Counted from the first letter of the stretch, positions 28,011-42,329 are shown. The stretch is DNA of 64,000 bases from Blasia pusilla (GCA_050084515.1 CM114271.1:36890001-36954000); one strand, 5' to 3'. Numbers and translations are program-made. The notes: generated from the sequence alone by a model not told the origin.

Positions 28011-30635
28011 GCCGAGTGAGAGCTACACACTGAAACGAGCGGACCAAACGTCATGAGGAGGACACAGCAAGCGGTGCTCGTTGGCACCAGTGCAGCGAGA
28101 CAGCATTCTAGCATAGAGCCATTTCCTCTTCGTCCCCGCATCTCGCGCTCGTAGCGAGGCCGGACAAAATGAACCCTCTCAGACGATCTCTAAGCTGAAT
28201 CCGAACTACTACAATCAAGCATAGGACTCATACTCGTGGAACGTCTGGGGATTCGAAGGATTCAAAGGCATTGTGCACTGGACGGACATTGCCCAATGTA
28301 CGAGCGGAAGCCGACACGGCAGCTGCAGAGCTGCGATGTCCGCGCCTCAGCTCACTCCCTTCCACGGAGTGAGCTGAGACGAGAAGTTGCTGGCGGACCT
28401 GAACTACATTGAGACACGCATCCTTCCGCGTTTGGGATCGATCCGCGGACAGGCAGAGCGTGGGTGCTCCAGGAAATCATGTGCGACGGCTGGACGAGAC
28501 TATCTTACGCACATTCTCGACGGCGGGCCGAGCTGAAGCCTCGGTTGTCTGCGAGTTACATGCAGCGAGCTCGACAATCGGTGCAGCATTCGCCTCGGAG
28601 ATAAGAGAGCGTGAGAAGAAGGCACTCACGGCTACTCTACCCTACGCAGCCCGGACGTGTGAGGGCAAGCTTATAAGGTGATGGAGTTGAGAACTGGGGA
28701 CGTTGGATTGCATTGAAGAAGCTCGAAAAGCCTTCAATCCCAAGGACTCACAGTTGGGTTCTCAAGTACGTAGGTGTAAAGCGTAGCACTGACAGATTTA
28801 ATGATCGACCAACCCAAGGATGTATGCAATGAAGATGGATCCAGAGTGGGGCTTTACTCTCGCAATGCATCGTCAGCTGCTCCGTGATCGCGTGATTACA
28901 AAGTGATAAGGGATTGATGGCTTCGCTTTTGAATCGTATTTTCCTTAGCTGGCTGCCATCTATTAAGGCCAACACGACTCAAGTGTGGGAAGTCACTGGG
29001 AACTCGGCCCCTCCCTTGATTTATTGCCGTTGCTAGAGCGAATCAGAACGATAACACCGGAACCATCGCCGTGTGAGCCCCCCGCTCTATTATGAAGCGG
29101 AAAGAATTTTTAAAATAATTCTCTTAAACATTGATTTCTGTGTAATCATGGACACTTTTCTTGAGACCATGCCACCCCACTACCGTCGACCCCCTTCTGC
29201 TCCTACAGACACTTTAGCGGCTCATGTCGCGAGCCGGACGTCCTCCCTGGCCTTGGCGGTACATCATCTGCACGAGGCCGTCCCTGTGTCTGGGCAGGCA
29301 GCTCCGCTGAATCTCGACGTCCGCCACCACCACTCGCTACTCAGTTGGCGCTTCTGGTACGCATCCAGACTCTGGAGCTGTGCTAGCAGCGTAACGGGGA
29401 ATATACACTTTAACAGAAACTTGGATGGAAAACCCTATCGGAATACACAGACAGAAATAAAAACCCGCGGGCCGAAACCGGCCGCGAAGAGACACAGCGT
29501 TTCGGAGGGAAGTACGACGCCACTTTCTTCTTCGCCGCATCGTTTCAAGGGTTGGCGGACGTGTCGGAAGCGCGCGACATGTTCAGGTTCTGGTCGCCGC
29601 GATAGCCGGAGTCGCGAGATGTGGACTCGTGGAGTGGCGTGGTGTGTACGATTGTACCTACGTGGTCTTACTTTCCTGCCTCCCTTCCTTCCTTCCCAAA
29701 TCCCAGCGATTAAGGACGACTTAACACTGCCGTAACACCCGCGCTTTGCGGCTAACTCATAAACCTAGGGTGTATTTGGTTTTCTTATCTACCTAATTAT
29801 GAATCTATCAGGCATCCCCGTTGCTTTTTAATTATCGGGAAAGATGCCCATGCATATTAATATCAATGTATCAAATTTCGAGCAAACTTAAAAATCGGAG
29901 AATCTTTCTCGTTGTCCCTATGTATGTCACGGAAGTAATATAAACTAAGTTCTCCTGTTTGGAAAATGTCATGCAACGAAAGGTTTAAGAAACGCAAATT
30001 AGTAACAAGTTTTAAGGGCAGTCCACATGTATTTTTAAATCTGTCATGCAAGGGAGTGTTGCACGTATAAATAAATTCGAATATTTTTTTTCACATATAA
30101 ACAGAGGTGTTTGTAAATCAGGAAGGTAGACATTATCCAATATTAATGTAAATTTTTTGAATCATTAGATTAACTCATTTTCAAATTTATAAAGATGTAA
30201 AATAAATAAAGGAACCTTCCTTGCAAGCCCACAAAGATTCCTAAGAAAGACTCCCATGCAATATATAGAGTGAAAAATAGTATACATGAATAATATTGAA
30301 AATAAAATATTAGAATATATTTGGCCCCATTTTGGCACGTGCCATGCAACCAAAGTGTTGAAAAATAAAAATTGGCCTTATAATAATATTAGATATTTTT
30401 ATTGGGTAATATTTTTTTAATCTTAGCTTTGCAAGTCACCAGAATAATAAATAAATTTTCTTTTAAAGAAAGTAAAGTAGTTAAAGAGAACTTTGTTTGA
30501 AGCATGCAAAGATTCTTAGGAGATGTGCCCATGAAATCTATATTGCATAGATTAACATCTATGATTCAAACTTTTAAAAAAATGACATTATTGGCCACAT
30601 GTCTTGCTACCAAAACCACTCTTCTACTAGTATTA

Positions 30636-30808
30636 CTAGCGTCCTGTCGTGCGATGCACAAGTGAAAAAATAGTATGGGAAAACAGATCTTGTTAGCACT
30701 TAATTAATTCCTCTTGTACACATGTCAAGAGGGGAACGCTACAAAAAGCCTACATGTCGACACAAGAGGAGGGGTTTCCCAAACCCCGTCCTCTTTTAAT
30801 AATATAGA
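30636..30808 (-). mobile_element. Non-autonomous mini-Helitron
   Basis: Minus strand starts TCTATATTATTAAAAGAGGACGGGG and ends GTGCATCGCAC hairpin ...CTAG|T. Similar to 35990-36179 and 55729-55909. Confidence 0.8.
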
Positions 30809-31437
30809 AATATTTTTACATAGGATTCATGGTTTTTTCAATTTTCAAGGTTGTACGTGGATTTATGTTCGTCCTAAGGACGAGTATGTCTGTGCAGGCC
30901 CAAGTGCCCGCGACCTACCTTGCCCCATGGCCCCCAACCGCAAAGTATACCGGAGCTTGGCTAGCCCACACCCCCGCTACCCAATGACTCGCCGCTCATT
31001 TTTGGCACCCAATTTGTAGCCCATGTCAGACAGAGGGCTTGCATGGGTTTTGCATCGTAGAAGCCTTGGGCCGGTCATTCCCATCTTCTCCAGACCATCG
31101 CCATTGGCCACGTCCAACCCATCAAAGGCCCTTATCGAGCCCAAAAAAGTCCTACGAGGGGCAGATGGGCGGTAAGCGTCGGGTCCACGCCGTTAGTCTG
31201 GGTGCTGGCAAAGCATGCAAACCTATCCTTGCTCATCCAATCTCATGAGGCCGCGTGGCCATCCGAGATTTGCCATTGCATCCCACACTTGGCCGGGGTT
31301 CTGGCATGGATGACAGGAAGGCGACTAACGATGGGGCCAATGAGCACCCGGCCTTTTTGCTCTTAGCGTCCTAGAGATGTATGTCGTGGTAGGTAGGGAT
31401 AGATGGCTATCTGGAGTTACAGGGACCTAACCACCAG

Positions 31438-32165
31438 CTATTTTGGTACTTCTCGCCTCTATGTATGGATGCCATGAGTAGGCATGGGATCGTGTGTGTG
31501 TTCGACGATAGCGATGTATGTTGTGTAGCGATGTGTATGCGCACGACATCTGTCACGACTGTTATGATAGGTCGGTGGGATCTAGTAGAGCGTCTGCACG
31601 AGTAGTGGAGGACAGGCCCAAGAGATCGAGGATAACCTGTTAAGGCAGCTTCGTTTCGGCTCATTTGGAGCCATATATAGAAACTTACTATTTCGGGTAA
31701 GTTCCCATATTATGGATAGTTGACTTTCCACTTTGGTAAGTAGCCCTTGACCCGCTATAGTAGGTCAAGAGCCAAGGAGGTGACCTGCGAGCATAGGTTA
31801 CCGTTGAGAGGGCTTCGGAGAGGGAAGGGGGTATACCTCCAAGAGAGAGAGTTTGAGAGCTCATTCTCTTTTTGTTAAACCTCTTGGCATAAGGCGGCGG
31901 AGCTATGGTCCCTTGTCTTGTGAGTGTAACTCAAGCCTCTCATTAGGAGAGTGGGTTTGGTTTGACTTGAGAGAGAGTGCACACTTTTGAGAGCTATGGT
32001 GTGAGATGGTGTAGAGAGAGATTGGATCTTACTTTAATTGGAGATATTTTGGTACTTCTCGCCTCTGTGTATGAATGTCATGAGTTAGCATGGGATTGTG
32101 TGTGTTTGTGTGTGTGTGTTCGATGATAACGATGCATGTTGTATAGCGATGTGTATACGTACGAA
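31438..32165 (+). mobile_element. Probable LTR (31551-32165) preceded by the last 110 bp or so of a second copy of the same LTR
   Basis: 31438-31548 is directly repeated at about 32043-32165. Junction ...GCACGACA tc TGTCACGA... shows TGTC..GACA termini. Strand is tentative. Confidence 0.6.
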
Positions 32166-33900
32166 AAAGAAGGCATACACTACTCCCTCACTTGCTTTGT
32201 TAGGCAATGCAACCAAATGTATCCACTTCGAGAGGTGCTCGACCATCACCAACACATAACGATTGTAGCACTGTGTTAAAGATATAGGTCTTGTAAAATC
32301 CAAACTCCATCTATAGCCTAAACCCACGATCATGGATTTAGGCTATAGATGGAGTTTGATTTTTCTAAAATAGGCTAACATGTTGATAGACTCAATAGCC
32401 TATTTAATAGGCTATCAAATAGGCTAGTGTTATTGAGGCTTTCAACGCGTCATCCTCAACCCATGATCATGGGTTTTGGCTATAGACAACGTTTAGATTT
32501 TATAGCCTAAACCCATTATCATGGGTTTAGGTTGGTGATAGTTTCAACAGCCATCCCCCTAATAGCATATTTGATAGGTTATTTGAAGAGATTGTGTCTA
32601 GATTGCATGCCTCGGCCTAATGGATGCAACTATGGAGTTAAATCATTGAATGGTGCTCGGACTTGATTATATTTTATACATCTGAAAAAAAACAGCTGAT
32701 TGTCAGTCTTCATGCCTTGCCACCAATATTTTATTTGGAGCAAGATATACGTCTGATTCACTCCAAATTGTCATGGGCATGTTGCACCCGTTGTGCTCTT
32801 TGCAAAGGATGAAGCACTATGCCTACTCTACCATCCTCCCAAACTTGCAATACAAATGTCCCCTCCCACCAAAACCATCTGGCTCGCTGTAGGATCCGAT
32901 CTCGCTCTCTAGCACCTACTCTACTTTCAACGCTGCTAATACGCACATATTCCAAGACTATTCCATCCTCGTGGATATCTCGACCACTTGTCGCCTCCTC
33001 ATAGAACTCTGGATCTAAGGGCTCTCCATCAAACCTTTCCATCAAAGTCCCATTAATTTGGCTCTCCATAGCCAACAAGCCCAAATAAGTTCATGGGTGT
33101 CATCTAAGCACCATCTCTAAGCACCTTCTTTTCATCACTCTCTCAATGCCAATGAGCTCTAGTCGTATCTTGATGACTCAAGCATAGGTTATGGCTCAAC
33201 TCATCTACATCTTGGTTGAGCACCGAGGTAGATGTACCACCTGAAAAAATCATATTGTTGCAACAATAGAGCCCACCTTGCAAGCTTTATTCTAAGCTTG
33301 TCGGACTTTATCAACCACTTAATTGGTTGATGATCAATAATGATGGTAAAGGGGTTTGCAAATAACTACCACTTGAAATGCACGACAACCCATACTTAGT
33401 CAAGCAATCATCCTCATACAAGCTAGAATTTACCTTTGCAACGTTGTTCGAGCGACTAGTGTAAGCCACAACGAACTCTCTATCCTCATCATCATGTTGG
33501 ATGAGCATTGCCCCAAGCGCCAATATACTCCAATATGTATGCAATTGGAAAGGAAATCCCCTGATAGATCTCCTCAGTATATGCAGGGACGTCAATTTGT
33601 CCTCAAGTAGTTGAAATGCTCTTTCTTGCTCATTCCCCCCCCAATGCCACTCGTGATCCACCTTGGTCAACAAGATTAGTGGCTCTTTAATCGAAGTGAA
33701 ACCATTGACGTACCATTGATAGAAATTTTCTGATCCCATGATTGCACGAACTCGAATCACATCTGTAGGGCCACAAATGCGTGAGATTGCCCCTACCTTC
33801 GTCTGATGAATACCAACGCCATCTTTGTATATCGTTTGACCCAAGTACTAAATATTGTCGTAGAAGAACTTGCACTTGCGTGGATGTAGCTTTAGACCAT
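32166..33900 (-). mobile_element. Degenerate Ty3/gypsy pol remnant (RT end, RNase H, start of integrase)
   Basis: YLGQTIYKDGV..., FQLHTYWSILALGAMLIQ...VVAYTSRSNN (RNase H), GLGYRWSLDF...YVLVMVEHLSKWIHLVALP (integrase). RT-RH-IN order, with many stops and frameshifts. Confidence 0.85.
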
Positions 33901-35813
33901 GTAACTACGATCGTCGAAACACCTCCTCCAGATTTCTCTCATGCTTCTCGACCATGTGCTAAAGACTCAAATGTCATAAATATAACAAAGGTTGCACAGG
34001 ATCAAAGTCCGTATTTGAGGACATTTTCGTGTCCGCCAACTTATATCTGTCCTAGGGACCGTGCTCTCTCATTGTGTTTATGTGGACCTAGGTTCGTGAG
34101 GCTCGTTTCCTAGCCTACCCTACCCCCAATGTAGACTCGAGCTCGGAAAGCGCACACCCCAACTCAAAGATCCACCAGTGGTTTTTGCTACCCCATACAA
34201 CTTATACAAGGCCTTGTGTAGGCTAAAAAGGAGATCAACTAAGGTTGATCTCCTTTTTAGTGGTCCACGTGGTTGTCTGGAATGAGACATTTTGTCGTAG
34301 GGAGAAGTGTCCTTTTCCAAAAATAAATTTTCTATTTATATATATATATATATATATATGGTTTTTTGGTTATTTAAAATTTTTTTCTAGAAGTTTATGT
34401 TCATTGAAATTTTTCTCCCATTTTAAAAACAAGAAAATTCAGGCTATGAGGCTAGTGCAGGCCTTGATCACAATTAGATTAATGCAAATTAGTGATGAAT
34501 TAGCAAATCTCATTGTGATGAATGCTAGTTCTTGTTGAAAATAGTGATGCTAATCACGGAATAAATTTTTTTAAATGTATGTTCTCCTTTTTTGAACACT
34601 TTGCCTCTTTCAAATGTAAAAACATCTCATTCTTTTAACCACAATTATCTTTGTAATCCATTTCTTGTTTCTAGAAATTATCTTCTTCATTCATTTTTTT
34701 TCCTAATCTCTCCATGTTAGCCACTTTTTCCCAATTTTGTTAGAACTTTCAATACTATGCATTGCTTAAGCAATATTTCAATCTAGTGACGTTTAAAATT
34801 CTAAACCCAAACAACGGATCTTGAGATTCTAGGGAGAAGATTTAAGATTTCAGAAACCAAGCATTTCAAGAAGAAAAAAAAACCTAGACTCATTGAGCCT
34901 TACTATAATATGTATATTCGTATTGCATGTATTGGTATGATTTGAAGTAGGGTTCCAAGAGTTTCCCAAAAAACCAAAATTTACCATTTTAAAAAAATAT
35001 TCAATCAATCTTTTATTTTAATGGATCTAGATCTTGAAATAATCTTCAAAATAATGCTCTATTTGTTAAAAAAATTATAAAAGTTTTTGGTTAAAGCAAA
35101 AACTTAGGTTTGAAGTCACTAACTCTACTTATAATCTTAGTTCCCTTGATTTGCAATTTGGAGGTATTGTCATATATTGTAGGTATAAAGAACATGGTTA
35201 GAGAGAAAGGAGCAGCAATAATGCTATTGCTACCTATTCGACTCGTAAGTTTCCGTGTGATCAACAACATATAAATAGTAAATTTAAAAGTTTCCATTTT
35301 CAGGTAGTTACATGTAAGAAAATAAGAACGCTATCACTCACTTAGAAATAGATAGGAGTTATATGGCCTTCTCAAGATAGCCCACTTACCATTTCCAAGA
35401 AGGAGGATCTTGCTTTAATCTGTATTATTATAGTAGAGCCTCTTTTTTATTTCAAAAGATCTCTTATTCATACCTTTCCCTTTGAGCCAATGAGATCATT
35501 TGCTCTCTTAGCCAAGAGGATCGTTCAAAATTGATTTTAAGAGATGAATCATTCCATTATACATTAATAATTGTAAAATTACCCATCACCACCAACTTGT
35601 AGCATAAATACCTACCTCAATGGTTATAAGGTATCCCAATTAGGCCTTGAAAAGTCTTCCATGTGTAGTGAAAACATGACTAGTACAATCTATTCCTCTT
35701 TTCACTATCCTTAAAATATCTTCTTTAATAAAAGTAGAAAAATTGGAAGACATAAATTAAGCCGATCATGTTTGGGAGGTTTAAAAACTTGAATATAATC
35801 AATTAAAGTCACT

Positions 35814-36348
35814 TCTATATTTATATAATTAAAAGAGGACGGGGTTAGAGGAAACCCTTCTCAAATGTTGATACCTTTTCTATTAAGGTCCTTCTATTGT
35901 TGACGCATGTGCTCTTGAGACCCTGCTATTGTTAACGAGTGTCATTTAAAGGTAATTAAATTAAGGGGAAAATCTGTCATCCCTACTAATCTATATTATT
36001 AAAAGAGGATGGGGTTTGAGGAACCCCTCCTATGGTGTCGACACGTATGCTTTTTGCATTCCTTCCGTATTGACACGTGTACTATTTAACAAAAGAGCTA
36101 ACAAGATGAGCTAGATTTAACGGACGTGTTTCATGTACGGTGATTTTTTCACCCGTGCATAGTACAAGAAAGATGCTAGTAATTATTAAAAGAGGATGGG
36201 ACTAAAAAAATACCCTCCTCCAACATTGACAACTCTAAAAGTTCTTCTACGTTGACAAGTGTCAGTTTAGGAGAAGGATTTCTAAGATGAAACAATTAAA
36301 TCAAGAAGGGTGACGAGATTTTTTTAAAATGAAATGGTGACATTCTAG
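35814..36348 (+). mobile_element. Cluster of three related mini-Helitron copies (complete copy 35990-36179)
   Basis: A|TCTATATTATTAAAAGAGGATGGGG ... CCCGTGCATAGTAC...CTAG|T at 35990-36179. Partial copies with the same ATTAAAAGAGGAYGGG head at 35814 and 36181. Confidence 0.75.
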
Positions 36349-37389
36349 TACTAAATATTGCACAACCCCAAGTATGCACGAAAATAATATTCACAAGTTA
36401 GGACCCCTCAGGGACTGCGCGTTGCACTATCCACTCCATGGTCCCTAACCCTGCCCCATTACTTGAATGCCCCCCTGCCCATGCACTATCGAATTACACG
36501 TGGTGAGTTCTTTTACCGTTTGGAAACTGCTCCTTTGTTAATAATGTAGATACTAAAAAATATCATCCCCATATTATGAGAAAACTTCTTACTTCGACAC
36601 CATCCCCTCGAGTTTTCTACACTTCCTCGAAATGAATGAACCGTTGACCACCACACAGCTGGTATTCCGTAGCTGCTGATCCTGCACGCCATCCTTCACG
36701 GACGGAGTACGGTCCAGGGCAGATGGAAATTAAGAGAACGTTTGGGTGAGGACTTTGTTACCAACGGATGCCCAACTCTTTCCACAATAGCCAATCGTAC
36801 AAGACAGCCCCATAGCTCTAGTTAATTAATTTATTTTCTTAAACGTAGCGTCCCTTATTCGGAAGGGAATGGGTCATGGCAGTTTCTCATCACATGGGTT
36901 AATCGGACCTGCAAAATGAATAAATAATTGGAGTGATCGTCTTACTTTTACATTTAAATTTACATGGGAGTGATTAAATAAACTTTAAAAAAATAATTTT
37001 AGAAAGGATTTTTTACAACAGAAAAATCGTCCAATTTATTTCATTATTATCAATCTATGTCATTTTTTTCTACGAGAAGGAACTCTTTACTAACCATGGT
37101 ATCGCCATGGATATACACGGTTCCCACGCACAACCATAGTTAGCGTTTGACGAATATTGAATGGGACGTAGAAGTTCTCATGGGACACGATTGGAGAATA
37201 AAATAATAAGTTTACAAGGTGCCCTTATTCTTTAATATAAATAATGATGAAAAAGTTGTACCTCATTAACCACATCCAATCCAACGGAAAAGAGAGACGA
37301 TCCTTTTCTATCTAATATTGTCAGTAATCTCATTCATTCATATTTGTTGTTTAAAGCAACACCTCACTAACCATGGTGCAGCAAAGAAC

Positions 37390-37556
37390 AAAGATGCACT
37401 TCGATAAAAACGAGTGATGGAAAACCCATCGGAAGTACAAAAGAGGGGGACTCAAAGAGTCAAAACCTGAAGGCCACAACAGGACCAGAAAAGGAAGAAG
37501 GGGGCATTCCCCCCCCTAACGACGAAACTCACCAACAGCAGAGACAATATCAGCAA
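37390..37556 (-). mobile_element. Short 3'-tail copy of the CRE-like element at 59643-63100
   Basis: Near-identical to 59643-59806. Flanked by CAGCAAAG at 37379-37386 and 37551-37558 (putative target-site duplication). Confidence 0.85.
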
Positions 37557-38230
37557 AGGATGAGTTTTACGTGTAAAAACGCGTTTAGTGTCAGGAGGAA
37601 ACCCTAATCATGATTTGAAGGGTGTAGTCTAACCACGATTACCACCTTGCTCATTAAATACCCCACTGTTTCAAACTTACGTTATCGTATGGCTCATCGT
37701 AATGCCAGCACCACCACACTCGAGTCTAATGATACCAAGGGGACAAGTTCATCGTGCAACATTATCCATAGCGTTAATTCGTATTTATTATCCCATAAAC
37801 CTATTTTATTCACTGCAGGTCTCTCTCTGTTTACCATAATTTTCAATCATGAGTTTAGGGTCTTTCGGAACAAAATAAAGCTACGAGGCTTTGTTTTGGC
37901 CATATCCTCAAAACTTACAATAACTCATGATGTTGGGGTTCTAATTTTGGGCCAACTCAAACGTATTCTTCCAAGTTAAGAATGCATTCCTCCACACCGA
38001 GAGATCCATAGGGAGGGGTTTGAAAGAGTGGAACGAAAAAATTAAAATCGTATACCACAAACTCAAGTCTACTCCCAAGTGAAGGTGGATATGGTCCAAG
38101 TTTTAAAGAGGAATGGCCGAATAGCTTTTTCGCTGGTTGTTTCCCACATGGAGAGAATTGATGGAAATTTGGGTGAATTGCAAAGATTCCCCTTTTCTAA
38201 ATAAATGAGCGCACATTATTTTACAACAAC

Positions 38231-38373
38231 TTTATATTATTATTGGAGAATGCCTTCTTGATTTGCAAAAACCTCTTTGCTTAACATGTGACAATCGAGC
38301 AGCAAGAAAAAGATTTTGTATAAACATGATTAACCCTTTCACTCCCGTGCATGGCACGAGCTGCCCACTACTA
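38231..38373 (+). mobile_element. Degenerate mini-Helitron
   Basis: TTTATATTATTATTGGAG head and CGTGCATGGCACG hairpin followed by CTAT|T. Both termini are one base off consensus. Confidence 0.45.
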
Positions 38374-39126
38374 TTTATAAAATCAAGTATGCTTGAAGTG
38401 AACCATGAAGTGGAATCCATAATAGCATTGGACATTGAACAACAATTGGCAACTTCACAAGGCTCATTCACTGGAGCTACGACATTCTAACAAGCATGAG
38501 GAATTCTTCTTTTCATTCATTCATCTCATTTTGAAATTTCTTTGTATGGCTACTTAATCAACCATCCACTTGAATACACGCTCTTTGTAAATACTTCTAC
38601 GATTAAATAAATAAAATCTTTACAAAATATATATACAAACACCTACCGAAATACATTGGTCAATACACTCTCTCCACATAGATTTTCTTCCTCTAATTTT
38701 TTTGAGTCGATTTTCTTTCAATTCATCTCTACTTTATCAATGTAAAGAGACATCCCATTCCCACATGACTTTGGTAGAAGGGGTTCAAAGAGGAAGAGTT
38801 CTTCTTTGCACCTATAGAAGATAAGTATTCCACTAGGTTGAAATTAAGTTTGCTATGACAATCTTAAACTTAATTTATCCATGTCGTTGGGGTTCAACTT
38901 TGGGGTTTTCCTTTCCAGATTTGGTAGAGGATTTCCTTGAATCTCATATTTCCAAATGCATGTCCATTGAATCTATAGGAATAGAATAATCCATCAACTT
39001 ATTCTCACTCCATGATTCCATTTATCCTCTTGCTTAAATCCCTGCTAGATCCTCTTGGGCATAGTACTTTAGGTAAGCCAAGTCAATCTCCATTATTCTT
39101 TGGACTTTCTATATGAGTACTCCTAG

Positions 39127-39550
39127 CAATGTTGCATACGGACAAAGTGCGTGTCCATGGACTTATGTCCATCCTAGCGGTAGAAATCTTTGTGTGAGAA
39201 CTTTTTTTCGCATATGCATCCCACGTCCCAAAACACGTGTTCACCCACTTCACGCCTCATTGCCAACTTGTTTCTGCCGTGGATGCAAATTAATTTTTGG
39301 GGGATCTCGCCCTGCATCATGTGTTCCCCTTTCACCCCCAAGATATGCCTCATGTGCCCATCCTCGCGCGCCCTACCCTTGCACTCTCCTGCCATGTGAC
39401 CTATGCCTCGCTTCGGGCCTCGTGCTACTGCTACAACATGCCCTTGTGCCCCACCCTTGCACCAGTAACCCGACTTCCAAGAAAATGCAGGTGTGCGGGA
39501 GAGGGGGGGGATTGCACGTCCACGGACATGTTCGTTTCCGTGCAATCCTC
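39127..39550. mobile_element. hAT-like MITE
   Basis: Imperfect terminal inverted repeats (CAATGTTGCATA / CGTGCAATCCTC) with subterminal GTCCRYGGAC-like motifs. 8-bp flanks ACTCCTAG / ATTCCTAG match 7 of 8. Confidence 0.55.
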
Positions 39551-40989
39551 ATTCCTAGCGAGATTCCTTGTGCTCTTCAAATCATCACTCATCAAGCATT
39601 CTTTTTCTACAAGAAAGGTTAGCTCATAATTGCATAGATATCAATTTTTTGTATCTTCTAGTGATTTTTCCTCCGGTGACTTTAATTATTCCTCCAAGGG
39701 AGGCATGAAAATTCATTGCAAAAAATCCCCATATCTTCCACAATAGATAAGCTTTTTTTTTGGTTAAGTTGGTAAGTAATCGTATTCATTTTAAGTATTA
39801 GAACCTTTATCTTTAGTAGTTCCAAATACATGCACATTCGCACTCTTAGAAGTTCTCCATCTTTCTTCAAAGGATGATCTATTTTAATTTATAAAATATT
39901 ATAAGAATTGTATTTTTAAGATTAATTTGGAATCTTTTCAAGAGAGAAATTCTTTATAACTCTTGTTGATAAGCTCATAGAATATCAATATGGTTTCTTG
40001 ATAATCTCAAAAAGAGGTAATGCAATTGGTGTAGAAGTAAAATTCAAGAGGTAAAATATTAATAATATGAGATATATGCTAATTTCCTTTATTTCCCTTG
40101 AAGTGGAAGTTTTTTAATTCACATGTATCTTTTGCTAATTTTCTAAAAACATATCAAATATGCTCACAATTCTCTTGAATATAATTAACTCGTCCCTTCT
40201 TGTAGGCCTTTCTCTCTCAATTTCCATTACTCAAATTAGTTGATGAGTCTAGACTAAGCAAAAGAGCCTAGCTTCAATGCAACATATTTGTAGCTATCTT
40301 ATCTTTCATTCTTGAATTTATTCCTCATCATAGATTAAATTTTAATTTTCTTATCCTCATAGGAGATTTGTATATACAATAAAAGGGATTTCTTCTTATC
40401 CTTTGAGGGAAAGTTTATACACCTCCATAATGGAATATAACAAGGAATATCCACCCACTTTGCCAAGAGACACAACATAGTGGATCAACTCAAAGGTGTA
40501 AACGTGGACCGTATTTTATAGATTTTGATAGTTTCTTACAATTGTAAAAATTCTTTGCATTTTTTTAGTTGATGTTTTCTAGAATCATTTCTTGCTGGAA
40601 AAAACCTTGTCCATTTCTTCTAGAAAAGGTTACAAAAATATTTGGTTGTAGGCACCCATAAAATCAAATTCCTCTCAAGATTCCTCCCACCAATCCAATC
40701 CCAATTGCATCCAATCACTTAACACAAGAAGGGCGGTCTCCAAGAAGAGTGAAACAAAATGGAACAATCCTTTTGGATGCCTTCCTTGGGGTGCCAAAAA
40801 TTGACTTTCTTTAAAAAATCCATCAATATCTCAAGCCAAAATTCCATTAAAAAGAAAGTGGTTGGGTAAATTTTTTTCTATGTGCCCACTTACTTTGCAT
40901 TTTGACTAGCTTGATCCCTTGTTTTCTTGGAATACCCATTCAACCCTTGAACCAACTACCAATTGTCCAAATGAACTATAGCACTACCG

Positions 40990-42278
40990 TCTATACTACT
41001 AATGAAGGATGGGGAGTTACTATAAGTAGGAAGGAAAAAAAAAACCTTTATTTCTAGAAGAAGTGAAGCACTCTAGGGCAAATGACTAGAAAAAATTAAG
41101 ACTTAACTTTATGAATGTGGGAGAATCATAATTCTTTTCATCCGCATAAGTTGTGTGTGTGAAACTTAAGCTACATTCATCTACACAGTTGAGCATGTGT
41201 GGATGATTACACAATGGAGGTACTCGGACTACTCGAGATACTTCATTCCCACAATTGTGCATGTCTTGATGGCTACACAATTAACTTTTGTATAATTGGA
41301 GGTAGGAGGTAGAAGGGACGAGTAACTTTGGGGCAAAAGTTGGAGCTAGGGAAGTTGGCATTCTTACTAGAAAGTGGAAGTGGACGGGAACAAGGGAGAG
41401 CAAAATGGAGGGCAGAGGGCAACAAGGAAGAAAGCTTCTTGTTTAAGGCGTAAGGAGGGATTTCAAAATTTCTCTCCATATTTGTTTTGCTCCTCTCTCG
41501 ACGAATTAAATGGAAGTTTTAGGATGGTACACACTTAAAAAAATTCTCTTGTTTTTGAGGTGTTTTCGAAATTTTTCCAACTCTCCAACCTCAGACCTCT
41601 CCATGGGGCTAGAAACTTGCTTGCCCTCTCCCATATGGTAATGTGAGATTCGATTGATTTAGCGGAGTTCTCTAATTCTCAGATGGATCAGGGATCTTGC
41701 ATGAGTACCTATGTCTTGAGATTGCATTCCTCCAAACCCGCAACTCCTATTTCATAAAGAAATAATTACGATGCAACACAACTATGGAGTGTTTGGTTGT
41801 CTGCTCTGGTTTTTAGTACGTGAAAAAATCACTTACGCAAGATTCACATAAGGTGAAAATGGATGAATCCAAAATATATGTATGTGTACATTATTGTATC
41901 CCACTTGGGCAAGCTTTTGAGCAAGTGCAAACTTATGGGTAGATCGAGACTTCTATCCATAAGTTTGCACCCACCCAAAAATTTATGAAAATTGGCAACT
42001 CTTTGGAGAGTGCGTGAAATCGAGGTTCGGGAATATAGGGTTTCTCCAAGAAGTGGGTACATTCCATATGGAAATGAACTAAAGAATGCTCGAGCAACAT
42101 CGTATTTGCCATCTTCGGATTTTTTGGGAGAGGTTTCCACTTTCGTGAGCGTATCTTTGATGGTTGGAACATAAGGTCCCTTTTGGAGCAATTTTGAATG
42201 CAGCGCAAGCTTGTTTGTTAAATTTTTGTAATTTCATAAAATTGTGACATTGGTGCATCGTAGGGGCATTCTTACTAG
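40990..42278 (+). mobile_element. Putative 1.3-kb non-autonomous Helitron
   Basis: Head TCTATACTACTAATGAAGGATGGGG resembles the mini-Helitron heads. End GTGCATCGTAGGGGCATTCTTACTAG|T. Pairing of these two ends is inferred. Confidence 0.5.
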
Positions 42279-42329
42279 TGATGTGGATAAAAAATAGGGT
42301 TAAAAAAAACCTCCTTTAACTCTAAGTTA

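Noticed and set aside
29073-29735. 220-aa ORF upstream of the second GDSL gene
   Set aside because: Non-ATG start and no recognisable motif. It is likely a chance ORF in GC-rich DNA.
38500-40980. Possible very old L1-type LINE remnant on the minus strand
   Set aside because: Only vague motif echoes, which cannot be supported without a profile search.
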